From contig NC_014729.1 in NCBI RefSeq assembly GCF_000172995.2, forward strand, positions 2,040,001 through 2,072,000: a stretch of DNA of 32,000 nucleotides, in the 5' to 3' direction. The DNA is from Halogeometricum borinquense DSM 11551. Lineage in GTDB: Archaea > Halobacteriota > Halobacteria > Halobacteriales > Haloferacaceae. Below, piece by piece: positions 8,296-16,834 of the stretch (positions are counted from its first letter, which is position 1; each line of letters starts with the position of its first letter). The notes below the pieces were generated by a model. It saw only the letters and a list, made by a program, of their open reading frames with translations, made no database searches and was not told the DNA's origin. The translations under genes were made by a program, and so were the position numbers.

Positions 8296-9971
8296 TACCG
8301 GTCCACCTCGCCGAGAACGATGTCCAGACTGCCGAGGGAAGCGATCATGTCCGGGATGTACTCACCGTTGGACATCTCACCGAGCGTCTGGAGGTTCGAG
8401 AAGCACGGACTCCGGATCTTGAATCGTCCGGGCTTGTCCGTTCCGTCGCCACGGATGTAGATGCCGAGTTCTCCCTTTGCGGCCTCGACAGCGCGGTAGA
8501 TCTCTTTGTCGTCCTCGGGACGCAGGGTCCGCGGGACGTTCGACTGGATGGTTCGTTCGTCTTCGGGCCAGTCTTCGAGGAGATCCACGCACTGCTGGAT
8601 GATCTTTGCGGACTCTTCGACTTCGCGCATTCGCACGAGGAGACGACTGTAGTTGTCACAGCCGTCTTCGGTCACGACGTCCCAGTCGAGTTCGTCGTAG
8701 TAGCCGTAGGGGTCGTCACGACGAAGGTCGTAGTCGATTCCCGACCCGCGCGCAACGGGACCGGTCGCACCGTACGACTTGGCGACCTCCGGCGGCAGGA
8801 CGCCCGTATCGATGGTCCGGACCTGTAGAATCTCGTTCGAGGAGATGAGGTCGTGGTACTCCTCCAGCGCGGTCGGCAGGTCGTCGAGGAAGTCTCGAAT
8901 CTTCTCGAAGAACTCCTCGCGGGGTTCCGGCAGGTCCCAGACGACGCCGCCGAGGCGGAAGTAGTTGAACATCATGCGCTGCCCCGTCAAGTCCTCCAGA
9001 ATGTTCTGGATGATCTCGCGGTCGCGCATCGCGTACATGAAGATTGCCGTGAAGTCGCCGTACACGTCGAGTGCGAACGTCCCGACAGCCAGCATGTGCG
9101 AGGCGATGCGGCACAGTTCCGCGCCCATCGTCCGGATGATCTGGGCGTACTCTGGCACGTCGATGTCGTTGAGGTCCTCTGCCGCGCGGGCGTACGCCCA
9201 CTCGTTCAGCAGACCCGACGACGCGTAGTCCCAGCGGTCGGGGTACGGCATGATCTGGTGCCGGTACGTCTTCGTCTGGCACATCTGCTCCTCACAGCGG
9301 TGGAGGTAGCCGATGTCGGGTTCCACGTGGGCGACCTGCTCGCCGTCGAGAACCGTCTTCACGTGCAGGACACCGTGCGTTGCGGGGTGGTGCGGCCCGA
9401 TGTTGAGGTACATCGTGTCGCCCTCCGAGTCACGGTGGTCATCCTTCAGGGGGTTAGCCCACTCTTTGAGCGTGACGACCTGCGGCCGGTCCTGATCGAA
9501 GTCCATCGACAGCGGGTGCCCCTGCCACGTCTCCGGCAGGAGGATGCGACGGAGGTCCGGGTGGTCGTCGTACTCGATACCAACGAGGTCGTATGCCTCC
9601 CGTTCGTGCCAGTCTGCCGTCCGGAACACGGCGTTCCCGGACTGACTGTGCGGGTTGTCTTTCGCCGCAGGAACGACGACGCTGACCTCTCGGGTTCGGT
9701 CGTCGTAGCTCGTGAGGTGGTAGATGGACTCGTACCGGTCCTCACGCTCTTCAGCCGTCACACACGAGAGGTGATCGAATCCGGCCTCGTCGCGCAGACG
9801 GAACAGCGTCTCCTGTACGTCGTCCGGACGAATGACGAAGCCGGGCGCGTTGACGTGCTCTTCGCGCCCGATGACGAGATCACCGAGCAACTCGGCGATT
9901 TCGTCGCCCGTCGTCGGCTTTGCCGCGAGTGCCTCTGACTGTGTCCGGTCTTGTGGTTTTTCCAAGCTCAT
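8295..9971 (-). CDS. nuoCD: fused NADH-quinone oxidoreductase-like complex subunits C and D
   Basis: 558-aa soluble ORF. The N-terminal part resembles the 30-kDa subunit ([24 protein letters not shown]). The remainder resembles the 49-kDa subunit ([14 protein letters not shown] ... RSPCFSNLQ ... DIVLGEVDR at the C-terminus). ATGA overlap with the nuoB stop. Confidence 0.93.
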   Translation of the reverse strand: MSLEKPQDRTQSEALAAKPTTGDEIAELLGDLVIGREEHVNAPGFVIRPDDVQETLFRLRDEAGFDHLSCVTAEEREDRYESIYHLTSYDDRTREVSVVVPAAKDNPHSQSGNAVFRTADWHEREAYDLVGIEYDDHPDLRRILLPETWQGHPLSMDFDQDRPQVVTLKEWANPLKDDHRDSEGDTMYLNIGPHHPATHGVLHVKTVLDGEQVAHVEPDIGYLHRCEEQMCQTKTYRHQIMPYPDRWDYASSGLLNEWAYARAAEDLNDIDVPEYAQIIRTMGAELCRIASHMLAVGTFALDVYGDFTAIFMYAMRDREIIQNILEDLTGQRMMFNYFRLGGVVWDLPEPREEFFEKIRDFLDDLPTALEEYHDLISSNEILQVRTIDTGVLPPEVAKSYGATGPVARGSGIDYDLRRDDPYGYYDELDWDVVTEDGCDNYSRLLVRMREVEESAKIIQQCVDLLEDWPEDERTIQSNVPRTLRPEDDKEIYRAVEAAKGELGIYIRGDGTDKPGRFKIRSPCFSNLQTLGEMSNGEYIPDMIASLGSLDIVLGEVDR

Positions 9972-10678
9972 GGCGAATCAGCCCAGTTGTACCGCATGAC
10001 CAGGTCTTCCTCGTCGATCTGGTCTGCAAGGTGATCGATGAGTTCGTCCTGCTCTAGATCCCCGAACTGTTCGAGTTCGTACGGCTTGACCGTCACCGGA
10101 CTGGACTCTCCCTCGGCGATGCGCTGCTGGAGCTTTGCAACACCGTAGATGAGTGCCTCGGGACGAGGTGGGCAACCCGGGACGTGGATGTCCACGGGAA
10201 TGACCTCTTCTGCGCCCTTGATAACGTTGTAGCCCTCCTGGAACGGGCCGCCCGAGACGGTGCAAGACCCCATACCGACGACGAACTTCGGTTCGGGCAT
10301 CTGGTCGTACACGCGCTTCATGCGCGGTGCGAACTTCGAGACGATGGTCCCCGGGACGATGATAACGTCCGCCTGTCTCGGTGACGCCCGTGGGACCCCG
10401 GCCGCGAATCGGTCGAGGTCGTGTTTCACCGAGTAGGTGTGCATCATCTCAATGCTGCAGCATGCGATACCGAACTGCAGCATGAACATCGAGGACCCCC
10501 GCACCCAGTTCATGAAGTTATCGAACTTCGTGAGGATGAACGGCGAGGAGCCGAACGCCTCGCGGAGTTTGGAGTTGAACCGGTTGTCCGCTCCAGACCC
10601 CGTCATCCGGGCGTCGCGGGTCTCGGTCTGTACCTGTGTGTCGTCCGTGACAAACGGTTGGTTCTGGTCGCTACTCAT
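9968..10678 (-). CDS. nuoB: NADH-quinone oxidoreductase-like complex subunit B (N2 cluster subunit)
   Basis: Motifs [20 protein letters not shown] and PGCPPRPE. The track ORF (to 10858) overlaps nuoA by 184 nt. The ATG at 10678 (MSSDQNQPF...) forms an ATGA overlap with the nuoA stop and is the likely start (236 aa). Confidence 0.9.
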   Translation of the reverse strand: MSSDQNQPFVTDDTQVQTETRDARMTGSGADNRFNSKLREAFGSSPFILTKFDNFMNWVRGSSMFMLQFGIACCSIEMMHTYSVKHDLDRFAAGVPRASPRQADVIIVPGTIVSKFAPRMKRVYDQMPEPKFVVGMGSCTVSGGPFQEGYNVIKGAEEVIPVDIHVPGCPPRPEALIYGVAKLQQRIAEGESSPVTVKPYELEQFGDLEQDELIDHLADQIDEEDLVMRYNWADSP

Positions 10679-11091
10679 GCGTCTTGTCTCTCTGTCTTCC
10701 GACGTTTTGCCAGCGGGCTTTTGACCCACTCGACTGCGCCGTTGCGCCACGCCCAGGCAAGACCGACGACCAGCACGCCGATGAATATGAGCATCGGCAG
10801 CAGTACGGTCGCCAGGTCTGCACCCTGGCTCAACGCGGAGCGGTAGATTACCGTCCACGGGAAGATCAGAACGGTTTCGATGTCGAACACGACGAACAGC
10901 AGCGCGACCATGTAGTACTGTATATTGAATTGGACGCGCGCTGTACCCGTCGGTATCTCACCGCTCTCGTACGTAGCGCTTTTTCCCTGTTCCGGCACGC
11001 TTGGCCGCAGAATCGCCGAAACCGCCATCATCCCCAGCGGGATGCCGACTGCGACGAGGGCCAACGCACCGATTGCGATCCATTCGCTCAT
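10675..11091 (-). CDS. nuoA: NADH-quinone oxidoreductase-like complex subunit A (ND3 family)
   Basis: 138-aa protein with 3 TM segments, the first gene of the nuo string. A GGAG lies about 9 nt upstream of the ATG at 11091. Confidence 0.85.
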   Translation of the reverse strand: MSEWIAIGALALVAVGIPLGMMAVSAILRPSVPEQGKSATYESGEIPTGTARVQFNIQYYMVALLFVVFDIETVLIFPWTVIYRSALSQGADLATVLLPMLIFIGVLVVGLAWAWRNGAVEWVKSPLAKRRKTERQDA

Positions 11092-11132
11092 TCCGTAGTC
11101 TCCCTGACGTTCCTCGGTTAGAAGCCGCCCCC

Positions 11133-11138
11133 TATAAG
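11133..11138 (-). promoter_or_regulatory. candidate TATA element of the nuo operon promoter
   Basis: CTTATA on the minus strand ends 42 nt upstream of the nuoA ATG. This would give a short leader of about 18 nt containing the GGAG. A second TATAG lies at 11176..11180, so the assignment is ambiguous. Confidence 0.25.
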
Positions 11139-11235
11139 CGTTGATTTGTGCGCGTCGGGCCGCGTTGCCGGGTAACTATACAGAAATCACGAGAGAACGC
11201 AAGATTCTTGTTTCAGTGACTGAGGGGCCTTCTAA

Positions 11236-11871
11236 CTACTCTTTTCGTGACTCCACGTACTCGGTGAGACCCATGTCGTGGAGGTCACGCGAATCCCGTG
11301 CCACACCACCTGTCAGAGATTCGTGATATTCGAGGAGACGGTCCTCCAACACATCGTGTTCACGCGCGAGCATCTGGACCGCAGAGAGTGCGGCGTTGAA
11401 CGACTTGCCCGCATCCACTGCGACGATGGGCGCGCCCGTCGGCATGCCGATGACCGAATCGACGGACTTCTCTTGGACGGGAACCCCGACGACCGGAAGC
11501 GGGTACGCAATCGAGGCGGTCATGTTCGGCAGATCGGCGGACTTGCCGCCTGCACCCGCGATGATCACGTCTAGCCCGCGGTCCATCGCCGTTTGGCCGT
11601 AGGCGTACATCAGGTCCGGCGTTCGGTGCGCGGAGACGACGTACGTTTCGTACGTAAAGCGCGCGTCGGGCGCGTCGGTGAAGTCAGTCTGTTCTTCGAA
11701 GCCGAGTTCGTCGAGCGCCTCGTGCGCGCCGCACATTACATCGAGGTCCGAGTCCGATCCCATGATGATGCCCACGTCGGGCGTCGTCTCGGGGTCCGCG
11801 TCGGCATCGGCTTCCGCGCGGAGTCGGTCGATGAGCGATTCGACGGTCACGTCGTCTGTGTCGGCTGTCAT
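11236..11871 (-). CDS. purE: N5-carboxyaminoimidazole ribonucleotide mutase
   Basis: PurE motifs GIIMGSDSDL and VVSAHRTPD. It lies 33 nt downstream of purK. It has an acidic N-terminal extension and an acidic insertion of the kind seen in halophile proteins. Confidence 0.88.
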   Translation of the reverse strand: MTADTDDVTVESLIDRLRAEADADADPETTPDVGIIMGSDSDLDVMCGAHEALDELGFEEQTDFTDAPDARFTYETYVVSAHRTPDLMYAYGQTAMDRGLDVIIAGAGGKSADLPNMTASIAYPLPVVGVPVQEKSVDSVIGMPTGAPIVAVDAGKSFNAALSAVQMLAREHDVLEDRLLEYHESLTGGVARDSRDLHDMGLTEYVESRKE

Positions 11872-11904
11872 AGCTGTGTTCTCAGTTGGAAGTCACTCGT
11901 TATC

Positions 11905-13056
11905 TCACTCGAACGTCAGTCCGTCGCGGAGGTCACGCGCGCGAGTAAGCATGTTATCGATGTCAGCACCGTCGTCGCCAATGACGGTCAAGTGCCCCAT
12001 CTTCCGCAGGGGGCGAGCCTCGTCTTTTCCGTACCAGTGAAGGGACGCACCCTCGGCGGCAAGGACGGATTCGACGTGTCCGAGCGTCGCCGGGCGGGAT
12101 TCATCGACGGTGCCGAGGACGTTCGCCATCACGGTCGGTGACCGGCGCGCCGTCGATCCGAGCGGCCACCCGAGGACCGCGCGGACGTGTTGTTCGAACT
12201 GTGAGGTGCGTGCGCCCTCGATGGTCCAGTGACCGGAGTTGTGCGGGCGCGGAGCGATCTCGTTCACCGAGATATCCCCATCTTGCGTCTCGAACAGTTC
12301 GATACCGAAGACGCCGCGGCCGTCGAGAACGGAGAGGACGTCGCGGGCGACTTCGTCAGCGCGTGCGAGAACCTCGTCTGTCGTCCGGGCCGGAACGACC
12401 GTTTCGCGGAGAATCTCCGCTTCGTGGATGTTCTCTCCGACGGGGAACGTCCGCACTTCGTCGTCTCCCTGCACGGCGATGACGGAGAGTTCGCGTGCGA
12501 AGTCGACGAACGCCTCTGCCATTGCGGGACCGCCGACAGCGTCGAGAGCGTCTTCGACCTCGCTCTCGTCGCGGACGGGGACGTTCCCGCGGCCGTCGTA
12601 GCCGCCGGTTCGCGCTTTCAGCATCACGGAGCCGAACTCATCGAGGGCCGCCCGCAGGTCTTCGGCGTCGTCCACGCGGCGGAACGGCGGGACGGGGACG
12701 CCCGCATCATCGAGTGCGCGCTTTTGGACGAGTTTGTCCTCGATGAGCGAGAGCGTGTCGGGCGACGGGTGAACAGCCAGGTCGTACTCGTCGGAAACCT
12801 CGTCGAGAAGTTCCGAATCAGCGAGTTCGATCTCGAACGTGAGCACGTCCGCGCGCGAGGCGAGTTCGCGGAACGCCTCGGGGTCGTCGAAGTCACCGAC
12901 GATTTGGTCGCGCACGACGGGTGCGGCGGGGCAGTCGGGCGTCGGATCGAGAACGACGACCTCGACGCCGAGTGGCGCGGCCGCCTCGGCCAGCATCCGT
13001 CCGAGTTGGCCGCCACCGACGATGCCGAGCGTAGAGCCGGGAACGGTAACAGTCAC
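11905..13056 (-). CDS. purK: N5-carboxyaminoimidazole ribonucleotide synthase (ATP-grasp)
   Basis: 383-aa ORF with the N-terminal GIVGGGQLGRM motif and ATP-grasp-like body typical of PurK. It is adjacent to purE. The start codon is GTG at 13056, and there is no in-frame ATG before the glycine-rich loop. Confidence 0.88.
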   Translation of the reverse strand: MTVTVPGSTLGIVGGGQLGRMLAEAAAPLGVEVVVLDPTPDCPAAPVVRDQIVGDFDDPEAFRELASRADVLTFEIELADSELLDEVSDEYDLAVHPSPDTLSLIEDKLVQKRALDDAGVPVPPFRRVDDAEDLRAALDEFGSVMLKARTGGYDGRGNVPVRDESEVEDALDAVGGPAMAEAFVDFARELSVIAVQGDDEVRTFPVGENIHEAEILRETVVPARTTDEVLARADEVARDVLSVLDGRGVFGIELFETQDGDISVNEIAPRPHNSGHWTIEGARTSQFEQHVRAVLGWPLGSTARRSPTVMANVLGTVDESRPATLGHVESVLAAEGASLHWYGKDEARPLRKMGHLTVIGDDGADIDNMLTRARDLRDGLTFE

Positions 13057-13080
13057 GGTCGGCGCTTATGGATATGACTG

Positions 13081-13086
13081 CATAAA
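13081..13086 (-). promoter_or_regulatory. TATA-like element for a leaderless purK-purE transcript
   Basis: TTTATG on the minus strand at -30..-25 relative to the GTG start at 13056. Confidence 0.4.
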
Positions 13087-13162
13087 CGTTACCGATACGG
13101 GTCGGAGAATACGCACGAACGTGTATTGGATACGGCGGTTCGCGTCGAGTGCTGGTTTCGAT

Positions 13163-15013
13163 TCAGGCTTCGACGCCAGCGCGGTCGAGCGCGTCCTTGT
13201 CGATGAAGACGGTGACGTGTTCGCTCCGGAGTCGCCAGTCGTGTTCGTAGGCGACGTAGCCGTCGAGTTGTTCTTCGGCTTCGTCGCGGCTGAACTCGCG
13301 GACGATGACGACCGGCGGCGCGTCAGCGAGCGCGTCTGCGGGCGGTGCGTCCGGCGACGTACTCGACACGTTCGCGTCGTACTTCTCGAGGTACCACGGA
13401 AGCGGGAGTCTGTCGTGCCAGTGCGTCCCGCCCGGCGGCGGCGGCGTCTGCATCTCTGACTCGTTCTGGACGTAGAACACCTCTCTGTTGGAGTCGTTCG
13501 GATCGGGCCTGCTGAAGAACAGCACATCCGTCCCTTCGTGGCTCTGTGCAACCGCCTCGACCTTCTGCATGGTGGGCTTGAGGTCGTTGCTCGGTTGTGC
13601 CCACTGGAGTACCTGTCTGTCCTCGTTCGATGCGGAGTTGAAGTACTCGGCATTCGCCACCGCGACGCCGCCGACGGATGCGAGGACGACGATAGCGGCG
13701 AGGCCGACACTCACCGCGTCGTCAGTGGAGAGTGCATCGCGGGCGGATTCGACGATGAACGCGATGCCCACGGCGGCGGGGATAGCCAGCGGGACGACGA
13801 CGTGAATCGCGGCCCACGGCGCTTCGATGTCCGTCGCGATGGGGTAGCCCGCAAGCGAGGCGAGGCCCCAATAGGTGCCGAACGCGACGAGTTCGCGGTA
13901 CGTTCCGCCGGTCCGGAAGCCGTACCGGTCCACGAGTACGCCGACGAGCGTGAATCCGAGGACGGCCGGCGCACCGTACACCAGCGTCTCCAGTAAGTCG
14001 TGAAGGAACGGGAGATACGCGTGATCCTGATGCCCCCCGCCAGCCCAGGTGTCGAGGAACTTCTCTACTGCGCCGAGAGACCCGGCTTCGAGGACGCTCG
14101 GAAGTTTAGTCGGGTCGCCGAACGCCTGCCAGAGGTCCGGGCGTGGCGCGTAGAAGAAGATGAACACGGCCCAAAAGAGGGCGAACGCGCCGACGAGCGT
14201 GCCGAAGACCCGGACCCATCCCTGCGAGGTCGAGGTCCCGTGGTTTCGGACGCGCCGCCGAATCGCGGCGGGCCACTGGCCGAATACAACGTCGCGCGCC
14301 GACTCGCCGCGAGCGCTGGCCTTGAGCAGGCGGTGATCAGCCAGCAGCGCGCCCGCGCCGAGGAAACAGAGGACGTAGACGAGCGCGTTCTCTTTCGTCG
14401 TGAACGCCAGTCCAAGCGACGCTGCGGCCGGGAAGGCATAGCGGAGTTTGCCAGTATCGAACCCGCGGACGATGAAACCGAGCGCGAACAGCGAGAACGC
14501 CGCGACGAGTACGTCGTTGCGCATGAACCGCGAGTAGTAGACCATAAGCGGGTTGAGTGCGAGAACGCCGGCGAGCGCGACGACTTCAACGTTCGAGAGT
14601 CGTTCGCGGAACAACCACGCACAGAGTGGGAAGAGGCCACCGATGAGGGCGACGGGGAAGCGTGCGAGGAAGTCCGACACCGGTGCGATGGCGAACAGCC
14701 AGTCGTTCACGACGGGGAGGAACGGCCCGTGGACGATGGGGCGGTAGACGTGGTAGCCCGAGTCATGATAGCGAAGTATCCAGTAGCCGACTCGACCTTC
14801 GTCCCAGTGGAAGATACGGCCGCCGAGAGCGACGAGGCGCATCCCGAGGGCGAGAACTGAGAGGGCGAGGACGCCGAGGAGGGTACGTCGGTAATCGACG
14901 GTAGTGCGCGTCGGGGTTCGCGTCGCTGCGTCCACACCCGAACGGGTGGCGACGGATCCATCCGTCGCTGCGGACGCGGACGGCGGCCCTGACGCGGCGT
15001 CGTCCGAACTCAT
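13163..15013 (-). CDS. large polytopic membrane protein, GT-C / PMT_2-like glycosyltransferase fold candidate (archaeal TIGR03663-type family, from memory)
   Basis: 616-aa ORF. After a Ser/Thr/Ala-rich N-terminus, the first loop contains FHWDEGRVGYW, an acidic DE pair as in the first loop of GT-C enzymes. There are more than 10 hydrophobic segments, then a soluble acidic C-terminal domain of about 150 aa. ATG at 15013. Confidence 0.6.
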   Translation of the reverse strand: MSSDDAASGPPSASAATDGSVATRSGVDAATRTPTRTTVDYRRTLLGVLALSVLALGMRLVALGGRIFHWDEGRVGYWILRYHDSGYHVYRPIVHGPFLPVVNDWLFAIAPVSDFLARFPVALIGGLFPLCAWLFRERLSNVEVVALAGVLALNPLMVYYSRFMRNDVLVAAFSLFALGFIVRGFDTGKLRYAFPAAASLGLAFTTKENALVYVLCFLGAGALLADHRLLKASARGESARDVVFGQWPAAIRRRVRNHGTSTSQGWVRVFGTLVGAFALFWAVFIFFYAPRPDLWQAFGDPTKLPSVLEAGSLGAVEKFLDTWAGGGHQDHAYLPFLHDLLETLVYGAPAVLGFTLVGVLVDRYGFRTGGTYRELVAFGTYWGLASLAGYPIATDIEAPWAAIHVVVPLAIPAAVGIAFIVESARDALSTDDAVSVGLAAIVVLASVGGVAVANAEYFNSASNEDRQVLQWAQPSNDLKPTMQKVEAVAQSHEGTDVLFFSRPDPNDSNREVFYVQNESEMQTPPPPGGTHWHDRLPLPWYLEKYDANVSSTSPDAPPADALADAPPVVIVREFSRDEAEEQLDGYVAYEHDWRLRSEHVTVFIDKDALDRAGVEA

Positions 15014-15116
15014 GTGATTTCCATCCGCCCCCGTAGTTAGAACGGTTACGGTCTCTCATACGCGTACTTTACATACCAGACCGTCGGCTCGCGGCCGGTA
15101 CTGCGTGTGTCGGTAG

Positions 15117-15125
15117 TTCTTTTAT
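15117..15125 (+). promoter_or_regulatory. TATA-like element TTCTTTTAT, placed for a leaderless transcript starting at the second ATG of ribH
   Basis: TTTTAT at 15120..15125 lies -28..-23 relative to the ATG at 15148. The first ATG of the ORF (15124) sits inside this element. Confidence 0.4.
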
Positions 15126-15552
15126 GAGTGCGAGGAACCGAACCGGTATGGTCACTCTCGGACTGGTGGTCGCCGAGTTCAACTCCTCGGTCACCGAGCA
15201 GATGGCGGACGCCGCCCGCGACGCCGCCGCCGAACGCGACGCCGACGTATCGGATGTACTTCACGTACCGGGCGTCTACGATTCGCCGCTCGCGGCGGAC
15301 CGCCTCGCACGCAGACAAGATATCGACGCGGTCGCCGTCGTCGGCGCGATCGTCACCGGCGACACGTCGCACGACAGAGTCATCGGAGATGCTACCGCGC
15401 AGGCACTCACCGATATAAGCCTCGAACGGGACAAACCGGTCACGTTCGGCGTTTCCGGCCCCGGACAGAGCGGTGCCGAAGCACGAGAACGTGTTAGCAA
15501 AGGTGCGGAAGCGGTAAACGCCGCGGTCGATATGGTGGAGGTGTTAGCATGA
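15124..15552 (+). CDS. ribH: 6,7-dimethyl-8-ribityllumazine synthase
   Basis: Lumazine synthase-like sequence (LGLVVAEFNSSVTEQM, HVPGVYDSPLAA, AVVGAIVTGDTSHD). The maximal ORF starts at 15124. The likely true start is the ATG at 15148 (MVTLGLVV..., 134 aa; see the TATA feature at 15117..15125). The stop overlaps the next gene (ATGA). Confidence 0.85.
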   Translation: MSARNRTGMVTLGLVVAEFNSSVTEQMADAARDAAAERDADVSDVLHVPGVYDSPLAADRLARRQDIDAVAVVGAIVTGDTSHDRVIGDATAQALTDISLERDKPVTFGVSGPGQSGAEARERVSKGAEAVNAAVDMVEVLA

Positions 15553-16697
15553 GCTTCGACTTTGCCGCCCGCGTCGAGCGGGTCGAACCCAGCGCGACCC
15601 TTGCCATCAGCAACAAGGCGAGCGAACTGGAGGCACAGGGCGTAGACGTAGTGGACCTCTCCGTCGGTGAACCGGACTTCCCGACGCCGCAGAACATCAT
15701 CGACGCCGGACAGGACGCGATGGACGCCGGACACACCGGCTACACCTCCTCGAACGGCATTCGAGAACTCCGCGAGGCTATCGCGGAGAAACTCCGCGCC
15801 GACGGCGTAGACGCCGATGCGGACGAAGTCATCGTCACGCCGGGCGGCAAACAGGCGCTGTTCGAGACGTTCCAGACGCTCATCGACGACGGGGACGAAG
15901 TCGTCCTTCTCGACCCCGCGTGGGTGTCCTACGAGGCGATGACGAAGCTTTCGGGTGGCTCTCTCAACCGCGTTGACCTCGCACCCTACGACTTCCAACT
16001 CGAACCTGCTCTCGATGACCTCGCGGAAGCGGTCTCCAACGACACCGAACTGCTCGTCGTCAACTCCCCGTCGAACCCGACGGGCGCGGTGTACTCCGAT
16101 GCCGCCCTCGAAGGCGTCCGTGACCTCGCGGTCGAACACGACATCACGGTCATCTCCGACGAGATGTACGAACAGATCACGTACGGCGTCGAACCGACGA
16201 GTCTCGGCTCCCTCGACGGGATGGCAGACCGGACGGTCACGGTCAACGGCTTCTCGAAGGCGTACTCGATGACCGGATGGCGTCTCGGCTACGTCCACGC
16301 GCCCGAGGAACTCATCTCGCAGGCGGCGAAGCTCCACTCGCACTCCGTCTCGTGTGCGGTCAACTTCGTCCAGCGCGCGGGAATCGAGGCCATCACGAAC
16401 ACCGACGATGCCGTCACGGAGATGCGCGATGCGTTCCGCGAACGCCGCGACATGCTCGTTGACTTATTCGCAGAACACGGTGTGGACGTGCCCGTCGGCG
16501 ACGGCGCGTTCTACATGATGCTTCCCGTGGACGAGGACGACGCCGCATGGTGTGAGGGCGCTATCGAGGATGCCCACGTCGCCACTGTCCCCGGATCGGC
16601 GTTCGGGTCGCCGGGTTATGCCCGTATCTCCTACGCCGCCAGCGAGGAACGTCTTCGCGAGGCCGTCGAACGCCTCGCCGAACACGACTACATCTAA
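15549..16697 (+). CDS. aspC: pyridoxal-phosphate-dependent aminotransferase, class I (aspartate aminotransferase-like)
   Basis: 382-aa ORF with NSPSNPTG and the PLP-lysine motif NGFSKAYSMTGWRLGY. Substrate specificity cannot be read from the sequence. Confidence 0.85.
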   Translation: MSFDFAARVERVEPSATLAISNKASELEAQGVDVVDLSVGEPDFPTPQNIIDAGQDAMDAGHTGYTSSNGIRELREAIAEKLRADGVDADADEVIVTPGGKQALFETFQTLIDDGDEVVLLDPAWVSYEAMTKLSGGSLNRVDLAPYDFQLEPALDDLAEAVSNDTELLVVNSPSNPTGAVYSDAALEGVRDLAVEHDITVISDEMYEQITYGVEPTSLGSLDGMADRTVTVNGFSKAYSMTGWRLGYVHAPEELISQAAKLHSHSVSCAVNFVQRAGIEAITNTDDAVTEMRDAFRERRDMLVDLFAEHGVDVPVGDGAFYMMLPVDEDDAAWCEGAIEDAHVATVPGSAFGSPGYARISYAASEERLREAVERLAEHDYI

Positions 16698-16718
16698 CGT
16701 CACGTCGCCACACTCGAA

Positions 16719-16724
16719 TTTTTT
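16719..16724 (+). terminator. oligo-T (T6) terminator after the aminotransferase gene
   Basis: TTTTTT lies 22 nt after the TAA at 16695..16697. It is followed by a small hairpin CCACT-GCGA-AGTGG at 16736..16749. Confidence 0.5.
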
Positions 16725-16795
16725 CCGCGCTGCATCCACTGCGAAGTGGTTATACCCCGCAAGCGACGTCGTGGTCAGTGCCCTGCGAGCGATAG

Positions 16796-16825
16796 GAGAA
16801 AATTAACACTGCACTGAGCGCAGTG
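16796..16825 (-). terminator. hairpin plus T-rich tract after the ABC permease gene
   Basis: Read on the minus strand: CACTGC-gctcagt-GCAGTG (16825..16807), followed by TTAATTTTCT (16806..16797). It begins 10 nt after the TAA stop at 16835..16837. Confidence 0.45.
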
Positions 16826-16834
16826 GAGAAGATG

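Noticed and set aside
10679-10858. A 60-aa N-terminal extension of the nuoB ORF overlapping nuoA.
   Set aside because: The extension is basic and nonsense-like, and it would overlap nuoA by 184 nt. The internal ATG at 10678 gives the ATGA coupling seen at other nuo junctions and a normal NuoB N-terminus.
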